Part shown: positions 1-6,300 of the stretch, in pieces
How positions within the stretch are numbered: position 1 is the stretch's first letter
Layout: each line of letters opens with the position of its first letter
Assembly: GCA_016205145.1 (NCBI GenBank)
Contig: JACQJH010000001.1
Coordinates: forward strand, 270,001-302,000
From: Candidatus Iainarchaeum sp.
GTDB lineage: Archaea > Iainarchaeota > Iainarchaeia > Iainarchaeales > JACQJH01
Direction: 5' to 3'
Length of the DNA stretch: 32,000 nucleotides
Made by a program: the position numbers and the translations under genes
Notes under the pieces: model-generated
The model's input: the letters and a program-made list of their open reading frames with translations, nothing else
What the model was told of the DNA's origin: nothing
The model's database searches: none

Positions 1-838
1 ACGGGAAACCGATGGGTTCCACGTCAAGCTTGTAGTCGAGGAGCTTTTCCTTCTGCTCCGTCTGCCTTTTGAGGCCGGAAAACCTGTCGCTCCAGTCGAA
101 GACTATTGCGGGCAGGCTTGAAAGCAGGGCGCTTTCGATGAGAATGTGCATTGCGTGGTTTCTTTCCTTTTCAGTTCCGCCGTAGATTACGGTGTGCGAG
201 AAAAGCCTCAGCGGCTCTTTGAGCGGCTGGTTTTCCGCGGAAACCCCGAGAATGATTTCACCGGCCAGGTCGTGTTTTTGCATGTTTCCTTCATCCCGCT
301 CCCCGTCGGCTGTTGCAGGCCCGGCAGTGCCAAGGCTGTTAGGCATGAGTTCCATTGCCAGCAATGGCTGGGAGAAGAACGCGTTTTTTGTCTCGTCGCC
401 GCTTTTTTCCAGTTCCGAGAGCTCTATGTCGTATGCCTTTGAAAAGTTGCCGACAAGCTTTGCCGAGGTTTCAATCTGTTTGAGCTGCTCGTCGACGGTT
501 TCCTCGAGCGAATCCTTTTCAAGCGGCGAATACGCCGGCTCGGAGGGCAGGAGCAGGAATTTCATTGTTTTTTTAGGGTCGTGCCTTGAAACGACTATCG
601 CGTCTTTCGGAAAGGTTTCAACGAAACCGTCTATGTTGCCGGTAGCGTGGAAAACCTTGAAGAGCTGCGTAAGCGCGCCCTTTTTTTTGCCGTTTTCCTC
701 GTCGAAGACGGTTGCGAGCACGACGGATTCCGGGTTCAATTTGATTTCCGAGGCGTGGCCCAGGACATTGCCTTCGAACAATTGCTTCCAAGGGCCCTGT
801 AAAAACCTGGCCTCTCCGCTTTTCCGTTTCATGCCCAT
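1..838 (-). CDS. HerA/DUF87-like P-loop NTPase homologue with degenerate Walker A; only the N-terminal ~279 aa are present, the C-terminus lies beyond the left edge
   Basis: Absent from the ORF track because it runs off the edge. My manual reverse-strand translation from ATG 838 is open to nt 1; a second in-frame ATG is at 832 and an in-frame upstream stop at 893-895. Sequence: MGMKRKSGEARFLQGPWKQLFEGNVLGHASEIKLNPESVVLATVFDEENGKKK...DLAGEIILGVSAENQPLKEPLRLFSHTVIYGGTEKERNHAMHILIESALLSSLPAIVFDWSDRFSGLKRQTEQKEKLLDYKLDVEPIGFP. The stretch LRLFSHTVIYGG..(8)..ILIESA...PAIVFDWSDRFSGL follows the HerA/DUF87/DUF853 layout (H..I.G.TGSGKS....L.E....P..v.D..G.f.gL), but GxxxxGK[ST] is replaced by YGGTEKER. 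Confidence 0.65.
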   Translation of the reverse strand, partial: MGMKRKSGEARFLQGPWKQLFEGNVLGHASEIKLNPESVVLATVFDEENGKKKGALTQLFKVFHATGNIDGFVETFPKDAIVVSRHDPKKTMKFLLLPSEPAYSPLEKDSLEETVDEQLKQIETSAKLVGNFSKAYDIELSELEKSGDETKNAFFSQPLLAMELMPNSLGTAGPATADGERDEGNMQKHDLAGEIILGVSAENQPLKEPLRLFSHTVIYGGTEKERNHAMHILIESALLSSLPAIVFDWSDRFSGLKRQTEQKEKLLDYKLDVEPIGFP

Positions 839-854
839 AACCAAAAACCGCAGG

Positions 855-862
855 TTTAAATA
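855..862 (-). promoter_or_regulatory. TATA-like box (TATTTAAA on the minus strand) for the NTPase-like gene
   Basis: tttaaata lies 16 nt upstream of ATG 838 and 22 nt upstream of ATG 832, in a very AT-rich 82-nt divergent intergenic region. Confidence 0.4.
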
Positions 863-893
863 TGCCAATTTTATTATTAGATAAGTGTTAGCC

Positions 894-903
894 TAATAAA
901 AAT
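894..903 (+). promoter_or_regulatory. TATA-like box (TAATAAAAAT) for the coiled-coil gene
   Basis: It ends 17 nt upstream of ATG 921. No purine-rich SD lies between, which fits a leaderless or short-leader archaeal mRNA. Confidence 0.4.
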
Positions 904-920
904 TTTTGGTTGCGGTTTGC

Positions 921-1580
921 ATGGTGAACAAGCAGGTTGTCCTTGAAACTATCAAGAGAATGCGCGATTCCGGCCTGGACAATGCGGACATCGCCAAGAC
1001 TTTGCGCGACATCGGCATTTCCGACAATGAAGTCGAGGAATATCTTCTGGAGCTTGAGGACAGCTATGCAGGCAAAAAGCCCAAGCCCGCAAAGGCAGGG
1101 GAAGGCGATGCGCAGTCAGCCGAAGGCCGGGGCGGGGAACGCCAGGGTGAAGAACGCGATAGCGAAGCGGAAGAGGGGGATGCTGAAGGCGGGGCCGGAG
1201 ACGAGGTTCAAGGGCAGGCAGAGGACGATGATAATGACATTGACATTGCCGAAAAGACGGCGTTGCGCGTGAAAGAGCATTTGGACCGCAGGCTTGAGGA
1301 AGACGCAATGCAGGATGCCGAACTGCAGAACCGGCTTGACAGCCACTCCGAAAAGCTTGAGGCCATGCACGAGAACGTGCAGGACATCCACGGCAAAATC
1401 GCTTCGATTGCATCAGGGCCGTCGAACCGCGATCTGGAGAAGCGCCTTGCCGACATCAATGAAAGGCTCTCCGCTTTGGAGGCGCAGGTCAACGACCTCA
1501 AAGCATTGTCCACGGCATCAAAGGCTTTGCTTGCGAAAATCCTTGAAACCGACAGGCGCATTCTCGGCGAAAAAGATTAA
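921..1580 (+). CDS. Hypothetical acidic coiled-coil protein with a short helical N-domain, an E/D/G-rich linker and a C-terminal coiled coil
   Basis: The track ORF is 906..1580 with a TTG start; I prefer ATG 921 (MVNKQVVLETIKRMRDSGLDNADIAKTLRDIGISDNEVEEYL). The linker is GEERDSEAEEGDAEGGAGDEVQGQAEDDDNDID. Heptad-like segments include LEEDAMQDAELQNRLDSHSEKLEAMHENVQDIH and LEKRLADINERLSALEAQVNDLKAL. It is the only convincing plus-strand gene in the window. Confidence 0.8.
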   Translation: MVNKQVVLETIKRMRDSGLDNADIAKTLRDIGISDNEVEEYLLELEDSYAGKKPKPAKAGEGDAQSAEGRGGERQGEERDSEAEEGDAEGGAGDEVQGQAEDDDNDIDIAEKTALRVKEHLDRRLEEDAMQDAELQNRLDSHSEKLEAMHENVQDIHGKIASIASGPSNRDLEKRLADINERLSALEAQVNDLKALSTASKALLAKILETDRRILGEKD

Positions 1581-1609
1581 CTGTTTCTGACTTTGCAAAC
1601 ACCTTACTC

Positions 1610-1664
1610 GGCATTCTGCGAAAGCAGAATGCCTTGGTTTCGGCACGCGCGGTCGAAAACGCGC
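1610..1664 (+). terminator. Two-hairpin 3'-end element, copy A (candidate terminator or RNA-stability element)
   Basis: GGCATTCTGC-GAAA-GCAGAATGCC is a perfect 10-bp stem (1610-1619 / 1624-1633). It is followed by TTGGTTTCGGCAC and GCGCG-GTCGAAAA-CGCGC (1647-1664). A third small hairpin CCGG-ACGAAA-CCGG lies at 1665-1678. The element sits 30 nt after the stop of the 921..1580 gene, between convergent genes. Confidence 0.5.
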
Positions 1665-1678
1665 CCGGACGAAACCGG

Positions 1679-2032
1679 CTAACGGAAAATTTCGAAGAAC
1701 ATTTCCGACACGTTTTTTGCGCCCTGGCCCATGCGCGAAATGAGGTTCGGCGACTTCCACTTGTGGTGCGAGGGCGCAAACAACCCCTCGCCCGTTTTTT
1801 TGCCCATTTCCCTGAACGACCTGTCAACGAAACCTGTTTTGACGGCTCCGGCTTTCCTTTTCTCCATTTCGGAGACCGTGCCGTGCAGGAGGAACGAGAA
1901 AAAGCCTATGGTGATTTTGAGGATTGCCGCAACTATTCCGAAGACGAACAGCCAGAACCCGAAGACTTGTGCGTTAAGCTGCATTGCAATGAAGCCGAAG
2001 ACGAGCGTCCAGAAAATTGTCGCCCATTTCAT
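1679..2032 (-). CDS. Small membrane protein (2-3 TM) with a basic cytoplasmic tail; last gene of the small-membrane-protein operon
   Basis: 117-aa ORF: MKWATIFWTLVFGFIAMQLNAQVFGFWLFVFGIVAAILKITIGFFSFLL, then a KRK/KK-rich tail. Its ATG (2030-2032) directly abuts the stop of the upstream gene (TGAATG). Confidence 0.8.
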   Translation of the reverse strand: MKWATIFWTLVFGFIAMQLNAQVFGFWLFVFGIVAAILKITIGFFSFLLHGTVSEMEKRKAGAVKTGFVDRSFREMGKKTGEGLFAPSHHKWKSPNLISRMGQGAKNVSEMFFEIFR

Positions 2033-2356
2033 TCAATACCCGCCGGGTCCGCCGTAGCCCCCGCCGCCCATGTCACCGAACATGTCCATTGGATAGCCTT
2101 GCGGCGCACCGGGCTTGTCCCCGGAACCGAAGGCAAGCGCTATGATTATGAGGCTGACAAGGATTATGGGGCCGTATGTCTTCACGTCCGGGAAAAGGAA
2201 GAACGCGCCGAGCATGATGATGACAAGCAGTATTGTCCCGATGGAACGCATTGAAACCACGAGTATGCCGACAACTCCAAGAATCATCCACTGCTGGTTG
2301 AACTGTATGGCAAGCATTATGAGCAGGACGGCAATGATGAACGCGAGCGTATCCAT
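2033..2356 (-). CDS. Small membrane protein (3 TM) with a Gly/Met/Pro/Tyr-rich C-terminal tail
   Basis: 107-aa ORF: MDTLAFIIAVLLIMLAIQF...ILGVVGILVVSM...ILLVIIMLGAFFLF...IILVSLIIIALAF. The tail is GDKPGAPQGYPMDMFGDMGGGGYGGPGGY. It abuts the next gene with no gap. Confidence 0.8.
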   Translation of the reverse strand: MDTLAFIIAVLLIMLAIQFNQQWMILGVVGILVVSMRSIGTILLVIIMLGAFFLFPDVKTYGPIILVSLIIIALAFGSGDKPGAPQGYPMDMFGDMGGGGYGGPGGY

Positions 2357-2389
2357 TCAAATCACTTTTTTAATGCCGCCGCCATTTCA

Positions 2390-2614
2390 TCACGCCATTT
2401 TAGCGAACAATTCCTTTCCGAACGTCGCGAACAAAAATATCACTGCCGGAATCCAGACCAGCTCCGGGAACTGGAAAAACGTCAGGTAAACTACGATAAG
2501 CGAAAAGATGATGGCGAGTTTTGCGCTGCCAAGCTGGCCGCTCGCCCAGCGGAAAATCCACACAAGGTAGACGAGAGTCAGCACCTGAATGAGGTTTGTC
2601 ACAAAGTCAGCCAT
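2390..2614 (-). CDS. Small membrane protein (2-3 TM)
   Basis: 74-aa ORF: MADFVTNLIQVLTLVYLVWIFRW...LAIIFSLIVVYLTFF...VWIPAVIFLFATF. It has the same strand and spacing as its neighbours (33-35 nt gaps). Confidence 0.7.
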   Translation of the reverse strand: MADFVTNLIQVLTLVYLVWIFRWASGQLGSAKLAIIFSLIVVYLTFFQFPELVWIPAVIFLFATFGKELFAKMA

Positions 2615-2649
2615 TTTCCCGCCTTACCATAATTGTGCCGCATCCGGTT

Positions 2650-2985
2650 TTAATGCTGCCCTCCGAGAACCGAACGCACGTTGACCGTTCCCCAGAGTAT
2701 GACCGAGAAGAACCCGAAAGTCCAGAGAATGAACAGCACGTAAACCGATGAGAAGATGTAAACCCATTTTATTGCAAGGAAATATATCAGCACCCCCGAA
2801 ATTATGAGCGACGGCACGCCGGGGCCGAGGAAATTCCTCACTGTCGTGAAGATGACGAGCACGAGTATGAGCCTGAAAACGATGTTTGCCGGAGTGAAAA
2901 AATACATTATTGTCGGCACGGCAATGGCAATGAGCAGCAGGAACAGGAAAACCAGCACGAGCGCGTTGATTCCTTTTTCGTTCAT
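2650..2985 (-). CDS. Small polytopic membrane protein (4 TM)
   Basis: 111-aa ORF, almost entirely hydrophobic (INALVLVFLFLLLIAIAV, FRLILVLVIFTTV, SLIISGVLIYFLAI, VYVLFILWTFGFFSVILW). Its ATG overlaps the upstream stop (ATGA at 2982-2985) and GGAGG lies 6 nt upstream. Confidence 0.85.
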   Translation of the reverse strand: MNEKGINALVLVFLFLLLIAIAVPTIMYFFTPANIVFRLILVLVIFTTVRNFLGPGVPSLIISGVLIYFLAIKWVYIFSSVYVLFILWTFGFFSVILWGTVNVRSVLGGQH

Positions 2986-3317
2986 CTTCTGCCTCCTTCA
3001 TGGCGCATCGGCCCCATCATCGGCATTCCGCCGTGCGCCTGGTCCCCGCTCTGCGGCAGCGCCCAGAACACGTCTATCAAAAACTGCGTCATTCCGAAAG
3101 TAAGCATGAGGTATAGCACGAATATTCCGCCGAAAAACCGCCAGTAATCGAACACCACAAACCAGGAAATGATTGCAATCAGGAGCAATGCCATCGGGCC
3201 TTTTCCGAGGTGGTTGAGTATGAACGAAACGATCGTCATGAGCGCGAAAATCTTCAGCAGGAAGTTCGCGTCCGACAGGAGCTCGCCCAGCAAAAGCAAT
3301 GCCAAATCCGGTTGCAT
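2982..3317 (-). CDS. Small membrane protein (3-4 TM) with a Gly/Met/Pro-rich tail; first gene of the small-membrane-protein operon
   Basis: The track ORF is 2982..3356 (124 aa). I prefer ATG 3317 (MQPDLALLLLGELLSD...). The 13 extra codons (MEIIYSRKTIGNI) are AT-rich promoter-like DNA containing a TATA box 23 nt upstream of 3317. The tail is QSGDQAHGGMPMMGPMRHEGGRR. Confidence 0.8.
   Translation of the reverse strand: MQPDLALLLLGELLSDANFLLKIFALMTIVSFILNHLGKGPMALLLIAIISWFVVFDYWRFFGGIFVLYLMLTFGMTQFLIDVFWALPQSGDQAHGGMPMMGPMRHEGGRR
2992..2996 (-). promoter_or_regulatory. Shine-Dalgarno-like GGAGG for the 111-aa membrane protein gene
   Basis: The minus strand reads GAAGGAGGCAGAAGATGAAC, placing GGAGG 6 nt before ATG 2985, inside the 3' end of the upstream gene. 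Confidence 0.45.
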
Positions 3318-3340
3318 AATATTGCCTATGGTTTTTCTAC

Positions 3341-3348
3341 TATAAATA
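3341..3348 (-). promoter_or_regulatory. TATA-like box (TATTTATA on the minus strand) for the small-membrane-protein operon
   Basis: It lies 23 nt upstream of ATG 3317. A second motif, CTTTTTAATC (3358-3367), directly abuts the giant-1 stop codon (3368-3370). Confidence 0.45.
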
Positions 3349-3367
3349 ATTTCCATTGATTAAAAAG

Positions 3368-6300
3368 TCAGCTTATGCACGTATTCCCGGCTGACAGCCC
3401 CGACTCGAAGCCCTCGACGCTTTTCCCGCCTGCACCATTTTCCTCGAACAGTTTGAGCGCATTCCAGTAGAAAACGCTTTTGTCGCCGGAATCCGAAAGG
3501 CAAACAGTCTGGTCTCCGACCATTCTGAACAGGTCGTTGAGCTCCTGCACCGTGCCATTTGATGCGAGATTGTTTTTCTTCATCCCGCCCAAGCCGTTCA
3601 GGTTCACGGTCGTGCCGGTTTCGCTGTTCATTGTCGTGAACGAAAGCGTTCCGTCTCCTGGAGAAAGCGCCTTCAGCACATAGTTCGAGTTCGCGGGCGT
3701 AAAGACAACGGTTTTGAGGAAAACGTTTCCCTTCTTTTCCGCGCTCTGCCAGTCGACCGCGTAAGCGTTTTCGGCGCCCGGAACCGGGTCCGAGGAATTT
3801 CCTTTCCTGTCGGGCCTGTCCCAGAAAACGTTTGAAGCAAAGTCGCCTGAGAAGTCCTTGCAGTTCGACATTCCGGCCCAGTACGCGAAAACCGTGCCAA
3901 GGGTTTTCGGCTGGCCGGCCTGGAACAACTGGTAGTAGGCCGAGAGCCTGCTTCCATCCGTTTTGTCGGAAGACATTTTCATTACAACCGGTGTTGCATA
4001 ATTCGGCGAGAATGTCATCTCTTTGTCAGTCCCGGTTGCGCGCCTGACTGATAGCAGTGCTCCGCGCGTGTCAGCAAGGCCGTTGATTTTTGCCGGGTCG
4101 GCCTCGATTTTTGTCCTCAGCAATGTCATTGCATCCGAGTTTTCAATCGGCTTTGTTTCGATTATGTCCTGCGAGTTTTCAGTCGAGATTTTCACGGCTT
4201 GGCCGCTGTTCAAATAGTTCAGGCCATAGCCCTGCCTGCCATTGCTTGTGCCGACCCCGACCTTTCCGTCGAACGGCAGATAATAGAATGTCGATTGCGG
4301 TTCAGGATAGCCCTTGTAATAGAATTTCACAAGGATTTTTGCCTTGGGCTTTCCGTCCGGGCCGAAGAATTTCCAGCCGTCGCCGAAGTCGATCCAGGCC
4401 TGTGCGTCATACGTGCCTGCATCGGGCAGTTTGTCGGAGCTTGTAGTGTATTGGAAGTCAAGCCTGTCAGTGTCAGCAAAGTAGTCCGCAAACTTTCCCG
4501 TTCCATCGGAATCGAAATAGCTGGGCGTGTTGTAGAATGTCTTGTGCGCGTAGAATTCCGCGAAATCCTTCTGGAAATCGTCCGAATAACCGTCCCTTAT
4601 CAGGTTGACTCTTGGCCTGAGCAGTTTCCTGAGGGTTTCCTTGTCGGGAACGTGCTCCGTCCAGTTGGGTTCCTGCTGGTCGGCGTTTATGAGTTCTCCG
4701 AATGTTTCCAGGTCGCGGTCAAAGAACGCCTCTACTCCGGAAACTCCGGGCATCACTTCGTATGTCGTGTTCTTCAGCCAGCATTCCTCGTCCGCAGGAG
4801 GGGAAAAATTCCAGAACAGCAGTTGCAGGTTGTCTGTTGAGTAATGCGTTGCGTCGCTTGCCGGCAGTGCGTTCACGAAACCGGGTGCAAACAACGCGTA
4901 TGCAATGAACGGGTGCCCGGATTTTCCCAATGCGTTCCCGTCGAATCCGAGTTCCGCTGAGCTGTTCCTTGCAACGCTGATCTCCTTTTCCTCGTCCCCT
5001 GACACCGCGTTTCCTTCGGTTCCGCGCAAACGGAAATGCACTTTTACTGTCCTGTCCTCCGAAGTCCTGTTGAACACCTCGACCGTGAATTTGAAATTGT
5101 CGTTTTCGTCCTTGTCGTAGCGCAGTCTCTGCAGGCCGATTTTTCCGGCAGGCACGTCCTTTTGGCTTGCAGTGCGGGTGTTTTCCTCGGCCACGCCCTG
5201 CCTTACTTTGTATTCGGGGTTGACCGGGCAAAAAAATACCGGGTTCGCGTCGAAGAATTCGCGCAGGAACTGCATTTTCTGCGTCAATGCAATGCTGAAC
5301 TGCGTTGCGTCGCAGTAAATGCCATCCGGATTGTCTGCATCACAGCTTTCCGCATTGATGTTGTCGCTTCCATCCGTTGTCCACTTCCAGTTGAGGTTGA
5401 CTTTAGGCAAGGCCCCTTCGCCCGTCCTTCCGTTTGCGTTGCATGCGAACACGTTGTTGCTTAACTGAACGGGCTGCCATTGCTGCAATTCCTTGGTTTG
5501 CACGCGGATGTGGAATTTCTGCGAATACGTGCGCGTTGAAATGCCATTGCAGCTTCCCTGTTCGGGCGAATCGCCTATGTTGTATTCGGCGAGCGTTCCG
5601 CTGCTGCATTCGATGTCATACGAGTCATCGCCCGTTCCATGGCTTCCGTTTTCATTGTCATGCCTGAAGTCGCCGTGCACGTGCTCATTCGCCGAGACTG
5701 TGAGGATGCCGTATTCCGGCAAATCCGACCCGTAGCCTTGGTTTGAAAAGTCTATTTCCTGGGTTTCGAATAATCCATCCCGCCCTTCCCTGAAATTCCA
5801 TTCCGGCTTTATTTTTCCATCGAAACCGCTCACAGAAAGCATGTCGTCTGATGTGTCGGGCGGCACTTTCAGCGAAGGGTCTTTCAGCGAGGTCGAGCCG
5901 CCCAGGTTTATGACGAATGCCGGAAGCGTGTTCACTGCATGAACGTCATGGCATGAAAAGAACAGGTCTGCCAACAACATGACCGCAAAGTATGCGATGA
6001 CTCCGATTGCAATGTTTATCGCGAACGATGTTCCAATCGTTGCCGCGGTTGTCCCGCCTGCAAGCGCGGCCGTCACTCCCCCGATTGAAACGCCGAGTCC
6101 GATGGAAAGCAAGGCGGTTACAGTAACGCTTACCTGGATGCTTGTCGCAATCAGGGCGGCGGTTTTAACATAGCTCCTGAACTTTGCCCTGTCAGTGTTC
6201 TGCAAATCCTTCCACACGCAGCCGTCAGCGCGCACCTTGACCTGTTCGATGTACGCGTTGTTGTACAGCGCTGTCTTGTCCTCGCTGCCGGGGAAAACTT

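Noticed and set aside
192-884. 230-aa plus-strand ORF in the track (Ser/Phe/Cys-rich: MCEKSLSGSLSGWFSAETPRMISPARSCFCMFPSS...)
   Set aside because: It is the antisense shadow of the minus-strand NTPase-like gene, which is open across 1-838 and has a normal globular composition. The plus-strand product is low-complexity and has no recognisable motifs.
906-920. TTG start at 906 for the coiled-coil gene (MVAVC extension)
   Set aside because: ATG 921 follows 5 codons later and fits the TATA spacing. The extension adds only hydrophobic or Cys residues with no support.
1634-2254. 206-aa plus-strand ORF and other overlapping ORFs (1498-1827, 1731-2057, 2073-2360, 2115-2489, 2624-3001, 2804-3103) across the small-membrane-protein region
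   Set aside because: They overlap the tightly coupled minus-strand membrane-protein genes, whose hydrophobic periodicity and stop/start coupling are far more convincing. The alternatives are Arg/His/Pro-rich shadow frames.
3318-3356. N-terminal extension MEIIYSRKTIGNI of the 124-aa ORF
   Set aside because: This segment is AT-rich and contains a TATA-like box (3341-3348) at the right distance from ATG 3317. It is more likely promoter DNA than coding. The longer start is kept as an alternative.
3368-3700. Diversity-generating retroelement target (variable repeat at the C-terminus of a giant protein), as known in DPANN and CPR genomes
   Set aside because: I saw no reverse transcriptase gene and no ~100-bp template-repeat-like duplicate of any giant-gene 3' end in the window. 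The C-termini lack an obvious C-type-lectin-like variable region. A template repeat elsewhere on the contig cannot be excluded.
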